This document shows positions 19,506 to 29,558 of a stretch of DNA of 64,000 nucleotides, in pieces. The stretch is from an uncultured Planctomycetota bacterium (GTDB lineage Bacteria > Planctomycetota > PLA2 > JAEUHO01). The stretch covers positions 172,629 to 236,628 of the forward strand of contig CAWDIE010000002.1 of NCBI GenBank assembly GCA_963802335.1. The letters run 5' to 3'. Positions within the stretch are counted from its first letter, which is position 1. Each line of letters begins with the position of its first letter. The translations under genes and the position numbers were made by a program. The notes under the pieces are model-generated. The model worked only from the letters and a program-made list of their open reading frames with translations, was not told the origin of the DNA and ran no database searches.

Positions 19506-20683
19506 CGACCCGCTCGGGCGAGCCCCCGCACCCTGCCCTCCACGAGCACGAGCCGCTCGTCGGCCGAGACCTCCGCACGGAAGAGCTCGTCTTCAACATG
19601 GGGCCGCAGCACCCCGCCACGCACGGTGTGCTCCGCGTCGTCATCAAGTCCGACGGGGAGGTGGTTCGCGAACTCGAACCGCACGTCGGCAACCTGCATC
19701 GATGTTCCGAGAAGATCGGGGAGTCGATCCCCTACGCCCAGTGGTTGCCTTACGTGGACCGCTGGGACTACCTCGCCGCGATCAACAACGAACACATAGC
19801 GTGCATGGCGATCGAGCGGCTGGGCGGCGTCGACGTCCCGGAGCGCGCGGAGTACATCCGCGTCATCATGGCCGAGATCCAGCGCATTCTCAGCCACTTG
19901 ATGGCGATCGGCGTCTACGGGCTCGACCTCGGGGCGTTCACGCCCTTCCTTCACCAGTTCCGCGAGCGCGAGCGCGGGCTCGACCTGCTCGATCACATCA
20001 GCGGCGGCCGGCTGCTCTACCACTACGTGCGCATCGGCGGCGTGCGTCGCGACCTCACGCCCGAGTGGCTCGACGAGTTGGACGTGTGGCTGGGGCACGT
20101 GGAGCGACGGCTCCCCGAGTACAACACCCTCCTGCTGCACAACCACATCTTCCAGGAACGCACCTGCGGCGTCGGGGTCATCGATCGCGAGACCGCCATT
20201 CGCTGGGGCGTCTCGGGCCCGGCCCTGCGGGCCGCCGGTGTGGACTTCGACGTCCGCCGCGACGCGCCCTACTCGGTCTACGACCGCTTCGATTTCGAGG
20301 TGCCCGTGGCGCCCAGTCCCGTCGCCGGCGTGGTGGGCGACTGCTTCGCTCGGCACTGGCTCCGCGTCCGCGAGGTCGAGGAGTCCGTCAAGATCATCCG
20401 GCAGGCGCTGGCTGCGATGCCCGAGGGGCCGGTCATGGGGCGCGTGCCCCGTGGATTCAAAGCGCCCGTCGGCGAGGTCTACGTGCGGGGCGAGAACCCC
20501 CGCGGCGAACTCGCCGTCTACATGGTCTCGGAGGGCAAGGACAAGGCCTATCGGTGTCGCTGCCGCGGCCCGTCGTTCAGCAACATCGCGGTCATCACGG
20601 AGGTGAGTGAGGGCGTTCTGCTCGCGGATCTCGTCGCGCTGATCGGCAGCCTGGACATCGTGCTGGGGGAGGTGGATCGCTGA
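19502..20683 (+). CDS. nuoD: NADH-quinone oxidoreductase subunit D
   Basis: NMGPQHPATHGVLR, ENPRGE and DIVLGEVDR motifs; no NiFe CxxC motifs. Confidence 0.97.
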   Translation: MTTRSGEPPHPALHEHEPLVGRDLRTEELVFNMGPQHPATHGVLRVVIKSDGEVVRELEPHVGNLHRCSEKIGESIPYAQWLPYVDRWDYLAAINNEHIACMAIERLGGVDVPERAEYIRVIMAEIQRILSHLMAIGVYGLDLGAFTPFLHQFRERERGLDLLDHISGGRLLYHYVRIGGVRRDLTPEWLDELDVWLGHVERRLPEYNTLLLHNHIFQERTCGVGVIDRETAIRWGVSGPALRAAGVDFDVRRDAPYSVYDRFDFEVPVAPSPVAGVVGDCFARHWLRVREVEESVKIIRQALAAMPEGPVMGRVPRGFKAPVGEVYVRGENPRGELAVYMVSEGKDKAYRCRCRGPSFSNIAVITEVSEGVLLADLVALIGSLDIVLGEVDR

Positions 20684-21789
20684 TGCGCGGGTGGCTCGAC
20701 AACTGGATCGAGAACTCGGAGTTCCTGCAGTCGCTGCCGGTCGAGTTGATCTACGGCCTGGCCATGGTCGTCGTGGGGGCACTCGTGCTGACCGGGGCCG
20801 CCGTCACGGCCGGCGAGTCCGTCTGGCTCGAGCGGCGTGTCGCCGGTCGCATGCAGGCCCGTATTGGACCCAACCGGGTCGGCCCGCAGGGTCTTCTGCA
20901 GTTCCTGGCCGATGCGCTCAAACTGCTCGGCAAGGAAGACATCATCCACAGCAAGGCGGATCGCCTGCTCTTCATCCTCGCGCCCGTCATCGTCTTCATG
21001 GGCGCGTTCGTCGGATTCGCCGTGATCCCATTTGCGTACGGCGTCGTCGCGGCGGACATGAACGTAGGGCTGTTCCTCGTCCTGGCGCTGACCAGCGTCG
21101 AGGTCGTCGGCGTGATCATGGCCGGTTGGGCCAGCAACTCGAAGTGGGCCGTCCTCGGGTCGATGCGTGAAGTCGCCCAGATGGTCAGCTACGAGATGCC
21201 CCTGGGGATCTCGGCTCTCGCCGTCGTCCTCCTGGGAGGTACGCTCAACTTCACCGACCTCGTCCAGCAGCAGGGGGGCGGCTTCTGGAACTGGTACGTG
21301 TTCCGCGGACCGTTCGCGTTCATCGCATTCTTCACGTTCGGCACGGCGGCCCTCGCGAGCCTGAAACGGGCTCCGTTCGACCTGCCGGAGGCGGAGAGCG
21401 AGCTCGTGTCCGGGTTCCACACCGAGTACACGGGGTTTCGCTTTGCCGTCTTCTTCCTCGGCGAGTACGCGGGGATGATCCTGTTCGCCCTGGTCACCAC
21501 GCTGATCTTCCTCGGCGGGTGGGATCCCGGATTCGGCATGCGCCTCGATGAAGGTGTGGGTCGCTGGCTCGGGTTCCTCGTCGTGCTGGCCAAGACGATG
21601 GCGCTCGTCTTCGTGATGATCTGGATCCGCTGGTCGCTGCCGCGCTACCGCGTCGATAAGGTCATGTACCTCTGCTACAAGGTCCTCCTGCCCTGGAGCA
21701 TCGTCTGCGTCGTCGGCGTGGCACTGCAGGTCCTTCTCGCATCCTCACTTCCCTGGGAGGGCCTCTCCCAGTGGCTCATGGGGAAGTGA
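20683..21789 (+). CDS. nuoH: NADH-quinone oxidoreductase subunit H
   Basis: ERR..GRMQARIGPNRVGP, GWASNSK, RAPFDLPEAESEL and PRYRVD motifs. Confidence 0.97.
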   Translation: MRGWLDNWIENSEFLQSLPVELIYGLAMVVVGALVLTGAAVTAGESVWLERRVAGRMQARIGPNRVGPQGLLQFLADALKLLGKEDIIHSKADRLLFILAPVIVFMGAFVGFAVIPFAYGVVAADMNVGLFLVLALTSVEVVGVIMAGWASNSKWAVLGSMREVAQMVSYEMPLGISALAVVLLGGTLNFTDLVQQQGGGFWNWYVFRGPFAFIAFFTFGTAALASLKRAPFDLPEAESELVSGFHTEYTGFRFAVFFLGEYAGMILFALVTTLIFLGGWDPGFGMRLDEGVGRWLGFLVVLAKTMALVFVMIWIRWSLPRYRVDKVMYLCYKVLLPWSIVCVVGVALQVLLASSLPWEGLSQWLMGK

Positions 21790-21790
21790 G

Positions 21791-22264
21791 ATGAACTACC
21801 TCCAGAAGATCGTCCACGGGGTGCGTACGGCGGCCAAGGGCATGGCGCTTACGTTCCGGCACTTCCTCACGAAGCCGACTACGGTCCAGTACCCCGAAGA
21901 GGAACCCTACTTCAGTCCCTATGAGCGAGGTCTGCACGAATTCGAGCCCGAGAAGTGCATCATCTGCGATCTCTGCGCCAAGGCCTGCCCCGTCGATTGC
22001 ATCTACATCGAGCAGGAAGGCCGCGGCAAGACCGCGACGCTCACGCGCTACGCGATCGACTACAGCAAGTGCCTGTTCTGCGCGCTCTGCACCGATCCCT
22101 GCCCCGTCGACTGCATCCACATGGGCCCGCAGTTCGACCTCGCCGCGTTCCAACGCTCGGAAGGTGGGGTCGTCATCGAGTTCACCGAGGGCGAAGGCTG
22201 GTGGCGTACGGCGAAGACCAGCGCGCAGCCGGGCGTCGGTCTGAAGGCGCATACCGATGAGTGA
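21791..22264 (+). CDS. nuoI: NADH-quinone oxidoreductase subunit I
   Basis: TVQYPEE and two CxxCxxCxxxCP motifs. Confidence 0.95.
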   Translation: MNYLQKIVHGVRTAAKGMALTFRHFLTKPTTVQYPEEEPYFSPYERGLHEFEPEKCIICDLCAKACPVDCIYIEQEGRGKTATLTRYAIDYSKCLFCALCTDPCPVDCIHMGPQFDLAAFQRSEGGVVIEFTEGEGWWRTAKTSAQPGVGLKAHTDE

Positions 22265-22814
22265 CGTTGCCCTTCCCCTGCTGGCCGCCTCGGGCGAGGT
22301 CACCCCGTGGATTCCCACGGGTATCTTCGTGATGCTCGCCGTCTTCACCGTGGGCTCCGCCTTCGTCGCGGCGCTCGCCCCCCGCATCGTGCACGCCGTC
22401 TTCGGCCTGATGGGGGCGTTCCTGGGCGTGGCGGGACTCTACGCCTTGCTGGGGGCGGACTTCGTGGCGCTCACCCAGGTCATCGTCTACGTCGGAGGCA
22501 TCCTCGTGCTTCTCGTCTTCGCGATCCTGTTGACGCAGCGGGTGCGGGGGCGCTTCGAACCCGAGGGGCAGGGCAAGCTCCTTTACCCGATCGCGGCCGG
22601 CGTTGCCGTCTTCGTGGGGCTCTTCTTGGCCATGCGTGGGACCGACTGGCGGGCCGAGGCCACGCTTCCCGCGCCCGAGCCCACGACCGCCGAGATCGGG
22701 CGCGCGCTGCTCGACCCCGAGCGCTACCTCGTACCGTTCGAGTTGGCCTCCGTCCTGCTCCTCGCCGCCCTCATCGGTGCGGCCTACCTCGTTCGCAGGA
22801 GGCGCGACGCATGA
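22257..22814 (+). CDS. nuoJ: NADH-quinone oxidoreductase subunit J
   Basis: QVIVYVGGILVL and PFELASVLLLAALIGA motifs. Confidence 0.95.
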   Translation: MSDVALPLLAASGEVTPWIPTGIFVMLAVFTVGSAFVAALAPRIVHAVFGLMGAFLGVAGLYALLGADFVALTQVIVYVGGILVLLVFAILLTQRVRGRFEPEGQGKLLYPIAAGVAVFVGLFLAMRGTDWRAEATLPAPEPTTAEIGRALLDPERYLVPFELASVLLLAALIGAAYLVRRRRDA

Positions 22815-23116
22815 CCATCGGGCTCGAGGGCTATCTGACGGTCGGCGCACTGCTCTTCGCCGCAGGGCTCATCGCCGTTTTGTCCCGACGCAACGCCGTC
22901 GCCGTGCTCGTGGGGATCGAGCTCATGCTCAACGCGGCCAACGTCAACTTGGTGGCCTTCGACCGCTTCCTCGGAGGAACCCGCGGGCAGATCTTCACCC
23001 TCTTCGTCCTGGTGATCGCCGCGGCGGAGGCCGCGGTGGCCCTGGCGATCATCATGAACGTCTTCGATGCCACGGACCGCGTGAACGTGGACCGCATCGA
23101 CAGCCTGAAGGGATAG
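22811..23116 (+). CDS. nuoK: NADH-quinone oxidoreductase subunit K
   Basis: RRN, IELMLNAANVN and AAAEAAVALA motifs. Confidence 0.96.
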   Translation: MTIGLEGYLTVGALLFAAGLIAVLSRRNAVAVLVGIELMLNAANVNLVAFDRFLGGTRGQIFTLFVLVIAAAEAAVALAIIMNVFDATDRVNVDRIDSLKG

Positions 23117-23120
23117 AGCC

Positions 23121-25073
23121 GTGTCGCTGCTCGCGCTCGCACTCGTCTGTCTCTTCGCCCCGGTCTTCGGGTTCCTGCTGCAGTACTTCCTGGGCCGCTC
23201 GATCCTTCGCCGGGGCGATCTCCTGACCGTGCTGGCGATTCTGATCTCGCTCATCTGCTCGATCCTGATCGCGGCCGACGCGCTCGGCGACTCGACGTCC
23301 CATCAGTGGACGCATGCGTGGTTCAGCCCCTTCGGCGCCGACGCGGCTCCGCTCACCGTGGGGATCGCCATTGACGGCCTCACAGCCGTCATGCTCGTCG
23401 TGGTGTGCCTCGTGTCGTTCCTCGTGCACGTGTTCAGCCTGGGCTACATGCAGGGCGACGCCAAGTACCCGCTTTTCTTCGCGTGGCTGCAGATGTTCTC
23501 GGTCTCCATGCTCCTACTGGTGCTCGCGGACAACCTGCTGCTGCTCGTGGTGGGGTGGGAACTGGTTGGGCTCTGTTCCTACAAGCTGATCGGCTTCTGG
23601 TCCGAGAAGCAGGCCCCCGCAAACGCGGCCCGGAAGGCCTTCATCACCACGCGTATCGGTGACCTCGGGCTCTTCCTCGCCCTCATGGTCATTCATGCGG
23701 AGGTCGGCACGTTCGACATCGGCGCGCTGCGCGAGGCGGTTGCCTCCGGCGCGTTCCAGGGACCGTGGCTCACGGTCGCCGCGTTCGGGCTCGTTGCGGG
23801 CGCGGCCGGGAAGAGCGCGCAACTCGGCTTCCACGTCTGGCTCCCGGACGCCATGGAAGGCCCCACGCCCGTCAGCGCCCTGATCCACGCCGCCACCATG
23901 GTGGCCGCGGGCGTCTACCTGCTCGGGCGATTCATGTTCATGCTCCCGCCCGAGGTGCTATTCGTCGTCGCATCGCTCGGGGCCGTCACCGCGCTCATGA
24001 GCGGGTTCATTGCGCTGGCCCAGGACGACATCAAGAAGGTGCTCGCCTACTCCACCGTGAGCCAGCTGGGCTACATGTTCCTCGGGCTGGGCGTGGGGGC
24101 TTGGCACGCCGCGCTCTTCCACCTCACGACGCACGCGTTCTTCAAGGCGCTCATGTTCCTGGGCTCGGGCTCCGTCATCCACGCCTGCCACCACGAGCAG
24201 GACATGCGGCGGATGGGCGGGCTCTGGAAGAAGCTGCCCGTGACCGGGACGACCTTCCTCGCGGGGGTGCTGGCGATCGCAGGCCTGCCGTTCCTGTCCG
24301 GGTTCTACTCGAAGGACGCCATCCTCTCCGGCGCCTACCACCGCTACCCCGTGCTGTTCTGGATCGGGCTCGCGGCCGCCGTCCTGACGGCCTTCTACAT
24401 GACCCGCCTCTTCGTCATGACGTTCCTTGGCAAGCCCCGGGACCAGGGCCTTTACGATCACGCGCACGAGGGCCCCGTCTCCATGCGCATGCCGCTCGTG
24501 GTGCTCGCCGTCCTCGCCGTCGCGGCGGGCTGGGGCTCGTGGCACACCACCCTGCTCGATCCCCCCACGGACGTCGTCGTCGCGGGGGTGCACACCGTCG
24601 GCGACGCCGTTCACTTCGAGCACTCCAGCAAGGTGATGGCGATGGCGATCGCCGCCGGCGTCGGCGGCCTGGTGCTCGGGTGGATCGTGTTCTCCGCCCT
24701 TGCGGCCCGCTTGGATCGCCTGAAGCGTCCCTGGCGGGGACTCGAGAAAGCGGCCGCCGGCAAGTTCTTTTTCGACGAGCTATACCGCGAGGTGCTGCTG
24801 CGCCCCGTGTATCTGCTCGCCCGCGTGTGCGGCATCCTCGATGCCGAGGGCATCGACGGGGTCGTGAATCTCGTGGGGCGGGACACGAGGGCCCTGGCTC
24901 GCCTGTCCGGGGAGACCGACACCCGGGTCGTGGACGGCGCCGTGAACGGCGTGGGGGCCGCGGCGCAGGTCGGTGGTCGCAGCGTGTCACGTCTCCAGAA
25001 CGGCCGGGTGCGCTTCTACCTGTCGCTCGCCGTCGGGGTCGTCGCCCTGCTCATTGTGTGGAAGGTCCTCTAG
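23121..25073 (+). CDS. nuoL: NADH-quinone oxidoreductase subunit L (extended lateral helix)
   Basis: WELVGLCSY, GKSAQ, WLPDAMEGPTPVSALIHAATMV, LAYSTVSQLG and HAFFKA motifs. Confidence 0.97.
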   Translation: MSLLALALVCLFAPVFGFLLQYFLGRSILRRGDLLTVLAILISLICSILIAADALGDSTSHQWTHAWFSPFGADAAPLTVGIAIDGLTAVMLVVVCLVSFLVHVFSLGYMQGDAKYPLFFAWLQMFSVSMLLLVLADNLLLLVVGWELVGLCSYKLIGFWSEKQAPANAARKAFITTRIGDLGLFLALMVIHAEVGTFDIGALREAVASGAFQGPWLTVAAFGLVAGAAGKSAQLGFHVWLPDAMEGPTPVSALIHAATMVAAGVYLLGRFMFMLPPEVLFVVASLGAVTALMSGFIALAQDDIKKVLAYSTVSQLGYMFLGLGVGAWHAALFHLTTHAFFKALMFLGSGSVIHACHHEQDMRRMGGLWKKLPVTGTTFLAGVLAIAGLPFLSGFYSKDAILSGAYHRYPVLFWIGLAAAVLTAFYMTRLFVMTFLGKPRDQGLYDHAHEGPVSMRMPLVVLAVLAVAAGWGSWHTTLLDPPTDVVVAGVHTVGDAVHFEHSSKVMAMAIAAGVGGLVLGWIVFSALAARLDRLKRPWRGLEKAAAGKFFFDELYREVLLRPVYLLARVCGILDAEGIDGVVNLVGRDTRALARLSGETDTRVVDGAVNGVGAAAQVGGRSVSRLQNGRVRFYLSLAVGVVALLIVWKVL

Positions 25074-25098
25074 CCGTGACAGACAGCCAGGTGTCCCC

Positions 25099-26640
25099 AT
25101 GCTGACGCTCACCGTCTTCCTCCCGATCGTCGGTCTCTTGCTCGTGCTGATCGCACCGGAGCGGATGGCGCGCGTGATCAGCGTGGCGACGTCCCTCGTC
25201 GTCCTGATCCTCACCGTGCTCGTCTGGCAGAAGGCGAGCCACGCGGACGGCGGCCTGGCTGCGCTGCAACTCCGCGAGACCGTCCGTTGGATTCCCGCGC
25301 TCAACATCCACTACGACGTCGGCGTCGACGGCATCGGCGTGAGCCTCCTCCTCCTGACCTCGTTCGTCTCCTTCACGGCCGCGCTGGCGTCCTGGAACAT
25401 CCAGTCCCGGGCCCGGGGCTACCACAGCATGTTCTTGCTGCTGCTCACCGGCATGCTGGGCGTCTTCGTCGCGCTCGACCTGTTTCTCTTCTACATGTTC
25501 TGGGAGATCATGCTCCTCCCGATGTACTTCCTCATCGGGGTGTGGGGCGGCCCGCGGCGGCGCTACGCGGCGATCAAGTTCTTCCTCTACACGCTCTTCG
25601 GGTCCGTCCTGCTGCTCGCGGGCATCCTGATCGTCGTCCTCACGAATACGGACGCGGCGGACATGCCGATCTGGGAGATCCCCCGCCTCGCGGCAATCGC
25701 CAAGGTCCAAGGGGGGCTGCTCCCGGGGAGCGAGGGCCTGTCGCTCGCCGTGTTCCTCGGGATGTTCATCGGGTTCGCCATCAAGATCCCGTCCTTCCCG
25801 TTCCACACGTGGCTCCCCGATGCGCACGTCGAGGCGCCCACGCCGATCTCGATGATCCTGGCCGGTGTCCTGCTGAAGATGGGGGGGTACGGCCTTCTGC
25901 GCATCGCCTACCCGTTCTTCCCGGACGCCGCGCTCAGCGTCTGGTGGCTGATCGCCACCATCTCCGTGATCGCCATCGTCTACGGTGCGCTGGTCGCCAT
26001 GGCGCAGACGGACTTCAAGAGGCTGATCGCGTACTCGTCGATCAGCCACATGGGGTTCGTCACCCTCGGCATCGCGGCCTACACGGCCGGGGGCATCAAC
26101 GGCGCGATGTACATGATGCTCGCCCACGGCACCATCAGTGCCATGCTGTTCATGATCGTGGGGGTCATCTACGACCGCGCCCATCACCGCGACATCGATC
26201 GCTTCGGTGGCCTGGCCTGGACGATGCCCAAGTACGGCATCCTGGCGTCGTTCGCCTTCTTCGCCAGCTTGGGTCTGCCGACGCTCTCCGGTTTCATCGC
26301 GGAAGCCACGACGTTCGTGGGGGCCTTCGGCAGCCCGATCGACGGCTACCGCCTGTTCGCCGTCATCTCGCTGCTCGGCGTCGTGATCACGGCGGGGTAC
26401 TACCTCATCACGCTCCAGAAGGTCTTCCTCGGGACGACCCCCGACGCGTACGTCGATGCCAAGCGCTTCCCCGACGTCAGCGCGCGTGAGCTGGCGGTTC
26501 TGGTGCCGCTGGCCATCGTGACCCTCTACATGGGCCTCTTCCCGGCCACGGCGATGGACATGTACGCCGGCGTCGTGGACTCGATGGTCGAGGTGTTCGA
26601 TCAGGCTATTGCCGCGGCCGGCATGGGAGGCGGCTCTTGA
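25099..26640 (+). CDS. nuoM: NADH-quinone oxidoreductase subunit M
   Basis: FWEIMLLPMY, AIKFFLYT, FHTWLPDAHVEAPT, LKMGGYG and AYSSISHMG motifs. Confidence 0.97.
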   Translation: MLTLTVFLPIVGLLLVLIAPERMARVISVATSLVVLILTVLVWQKASHADGGLAALQLRETVRWIPALNIHYDVGVDGIGVSLLLLTSFVSFTAALASWNIQSRARGYHSMFLLLLTGMLGVFVALDLFLFYMFWEIMLLPMYFLIGVWGGPRRRYAAIKFFLYTLFGSVLLLAGILIVVLTNTDAADMPIWEIPRLAAIAKVQGGLLPGSEGLSLAVFLGMFIGFAIKIPSFPFHTWLPDAHVEAPTPISMILAGVLLKMGGYGLLRIAYPFFPDAALSVWWLIATISVIAIVYGALVAMAQTDFKRLIAYSSISHMGFVTLGIAAYTAGGINGAMYMMLAHGTISAMLFMIVGVIYDRAHHRDIDRFGGLAWTMPKYGILASFAFFASLGLPTLSGFIAEATTFVGAFGSPIDGYRLFAVISLLGVVITAGYYLITLQKVFLGTTPDAYVDAKRFPDVSARELAVLVPLAIVTLYMGLFPATAMDMYAGVVDSMVEVFDQAIAAAGMGGGS

Positions 26641-28112
26641 GCGACTTCGAGGCCATCCTCCCGGCCGGACTGCTCGCGCTCGGCATCCTCGGCGTGCTGG
26701 CGAGTGATCTCACGTCCAAGGGCCGCCGGCCCCTCGGGGCGATCGCCGTCGCACTCGTCGCGTTGGCGGCGGCTGCGGTGGCTGCGCTCGTCGGGCCGCG
26801 TACCGAGACGGGGACCGTGCTGGGCGTCCTCCGCCCGGACACGTTCGGCGTCGCCTTCACGGTCTTCTGCTGCGCCACGGGCTTCGTCACCATCCTCGCC
26901 ACGATGCGCGGCGAGGCGTTCCGGCGGCCCGGGGGCGAGTTCCTCGTCCTGATCCTCTCGAGCGTGCTGGGCATGTCGCTTCTCGCCCAGGCGGTCGACG
27001 TGATCGCGCTGTACCTCGCGTTCGAGACCGTCTCGATTCCCTCGTACGTGCTCGTCGGCATGCGGCGCGGGGATAGGCGTGCGAACGAGGCGAGCATGAA
27101 GTACGTGCTCTTCGGTGCCGTCTCGTCCGCCTTGATGCTCTACGGTCTCTCCTGGCTCGTCGGTCTTGCCGGGGGGACGTCGCTGGAGGCCCTCGGCGCG
27201 GCGGTGCAGAACGGCGCGGCGGCCGAGCCGGCGTTCGTCGTGGCTGCCGTGCTCGTCCTGGCCGGCTTCGCGTTCAAGATCTCAGCCGTGCCGTTCCACT
27301 TCTGGGCACCCGACGTCTACGCAGGAGCGCCCGCAGCCGTCGGTGGGTTCCTCGCGGTGGCCAGCAAGGCCGCTGGCTTCGCCGCCCTCGTGCGCGTCGT
27401 GGGCGCGACGCATCCGATCGTGCCCGATGCCGCGGATCCCCTCCGCACGTTCGCGTACACGGGCAATACGTTCATTCTCGCGATCTCGATCCTGGCCGTC
27501 CTCACCATGACGGTGGGTAACCTCGCGGCCCTGCGCCAACGGGAGATCAAGCGTCTTCTCGCCTGGTCGAGCATCGCGCATGCGGGCTACATCCTGCTGG
27601 CGATCGCCGTCTGGTCCGAGCTCGGGGCCACGGCGTTGATGGTCTACCTGATTGCCTACCTGTTCATGAACCTGGCGGCATTCCTCCTGGCGGGCATCGT
27701 GATTCGGGAGCGCGGCACGGGTGACCTCGCGGCCTTCCGTGGCCTGGGTGCGCAGAGTCCGGTGCTCGCCGTCGGATTCGCCATCGTGCTGTTCAGTCTC
27801 ACCGGCCTTCCGCCGTTCCTGGGGTTCGTCGGCAAGATGACCGTCTTCTACGCCGTCTTCGCGAAGGGCTACGTGTGGCTCGGCGTCATCGGACTCCTGA
27901 ACGGCGTCATCTCGCTCTACTACTACGCGAAGATCCTCGTCAGCATGTACCTGGCCGACGCCGACGACGTGGCGCCCGAGCCCTTCCGCTTCCGCCTCGC
28001 GGATGGACTGCTCGTCGCGCTCCTCGTACTGCCGATCCTCGTCCTCGGTATCCTCTGGTCTCCTGTGTACGACATGGCCGCGCGCGTCGTCCCGGCGATC
28101 TTCGGAGGCTGA
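26637..28112 (+). CDS. nuoN: NADH-quinone oxidoreductase subunit N
   Basis: EASMKY, FKISAVPFHFWAPDVYAGAP, KRLLAWSSIAHAGY and SLTGLPP motifs. Confidence 0.97.
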   Translation: MSDFEAILPAGLLALGILGVLASDLTSKGRRPLGAIAVALVALAAAAVAALVGPRTETGTVLGVLRPDTFGVAFTVFCCATGFVTILATMRGEAFRRPGGEFLVLILSSVLGMSLLAQAVDVIALYLAFETVSIPSYVLVGMRRGDRRANEASMKYVLFGAVSSALMLYGLSWLVGLAGGTSLEALGAAVQNGAAAEPAFVVAAVLVLAGFAFKISAVPFHFWAPDVYAGAPAAVGGFLAVASKAAGFAALVRVVGATHPIVPDAADPLRTFAYTGNTFILAISILAVLTMTVGNLAALRQREIKRLLAWSSIAHAGYILLAIAVWSELGATALMVYLIAYLFMNLAAFLLAGIVIRERGTGDLAAFRGLGAQSPVLAVGFAIVLFSLTGLPPFLGFVGKMTVFYAVFAKGYVWLGVIGLLNGVISLYYYAKILVSMYLADADDVAPEPFRFRLADGLLVALLVLPILVLGILWSPVYDMAARVVPAIFGG

Positions 28113-28115
28113 TCG

Positions 28116-29398
28116 ATGTCGACGCCCGCCCCCGTGGAACGCATTCAGCGCCTCAACGAACTGCTCACGCGATCCGTCTACAGCCCGATGAGCTACTTCT
28201 TCGAGGCCGATCCGTACGTGGTCGATGCGGACCGCCCCCTGATCGAACTCGTCGACGCGCTTCGTGGCGAGGACGATCGTTACGCTCTGATGCTGGCCGA
28301 GGTCTTGGAATCGCTGGGTGAAGTGCCGGAGGTCGGCGCGTTCCCTCTCTGGTACCGCGACCTCAACTACTTGAGTGTGCCCTACCTGGCCAGCGTGGTG
28401 CTCGAGCAGATGCGGGGCGACGTGGCGCGGATCGACGCCCTCGTCCCGCTGATGGGGGACGCGAAGCCGGCGGCGCGTGCTGCCTTGGACTCGTTTCGGG
28501 CGGATCGCGTCGAGCAGATCGAGCGCTTGGCGACACCCATCGAGCAGGCGCTCGAGCGCGAGGCCGAGACCTACGCGCGCGAGGCCGCCGAGGCGAAAGC
28601 CGCGCGGGACCTGATCGCGGCCGAGAAGAAGGCCAAGGCCGACGCGGCGCGCAAGGCCGCCCGCAAGCCTGTGCCCTCGAAGGGCGGCGCGGCGCCTGCC
28701 TCCGCCGCTTCGGAATCGAAGCTCTCGCCGAAGGAGCGCGCCCGCCAGGCGATCCTCGCCAAGCGCGCGGCGGCGGCGGCGACAGCGGACCTGCCCGACC
28801 CGGACGAGAAGGGCATCAGCCCCAAGGAGAAGGCCCGCCGGCAGATCCTCAAGATGCGCGCCGCCAAGCAGGCCAGCGCCGAGCCAGGCGCAGGGCCGGC
28901 AGCCGCCGCGCCGGACCCCGCGGCCGCGCTTCCGGATCCGAACGAGGAGGGCATCAGCGCGAAGGAGAAGGCGCGCCGCCAGATCCTCAGGATGCGCGCT
29001 GCGAAGGGCGCCCCCGCCCCGCCGCCGCCACCACGCCCGAGCCGGGGGCCGCCGACGCGTTGCCCGATCCCGACGAAGAGGGCATCTCACCCAAGGAGAA
29101 GGCCCGGCGGAAGGTGCTACGCATGCGGGCCGCGAAGGCGGCTGAGGCGCCGGCGGCTGCCCCGACTCCGCCCACCGACGAGCTGCCCGATCCCGACGAG
29201 GAGGGCATCTCGCCCAAGGAGAAGGCCCGTCGGAAGGTGCTGCGCATGCGGGCCGCGCAGGCGGCCGAGACGCCGCCCGCGTCGCCCGCGCCGACACCGA
29301 CGGAGGATCCCCCCCTGCTGGATCCCGACGAGCCCGGCATCAGCCCCAAGGAGAAGGCGCGGCGCCAGGTGCTGAAGATGCGGGCCAGGAAGTCCTGA
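28116..29398 (+). CDS. nuo-operon-associated protein: helical N-terminal domain plus repeat tail; frameshift at about 29010-29060
   Basis: Starts 3 nt after the nuoN stop. The LPDPDEEGISPKEKARRxxLxMRAAK unit continues from ORF 28116.. into ORF 29060..29398 in another frame. Confidence 0.75.
28791..29395 (+). repeat. Five coding repeats of about 26 codons separated by Ala/Pro linkers
   Basis: Units start at 28791, 28929, 29060, 29183 and 29315; a partial unit (SPKERARQAIL) lies near 28720. Confidence 0.9.
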
Positions 29399-29558
29399 GC
29401 CGGCGGGAGGGACCCTGATCGCCAGCGTCGCGCCTTGACCTTCGGGCGCAGGCCCATCCAGGACACCCGGTGGCTCGTTCGCCGGGCCCTAGGCGCGCAA
29501 GCTCTCGCTCGATCGCACTCTGCCGTTGTCACGGCGCGCGCTTCATGGGTTATGCAGG

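Noticed and set aside
18331-20683. Group 4 [NiFe]-hydrogenase interpretation of the nuoEFG-less operon
   Set aside because: The large subunit lacks both CxxC Ni-binding motifs and ends in GEVDR, and nuoA/J/K are present.
28791-29395. Spaced direct repeats as a CRISPR array
   Set aside because: Units are about 80 nt, vary at synonymous positions and encode a peptide repeat; no cas genes.
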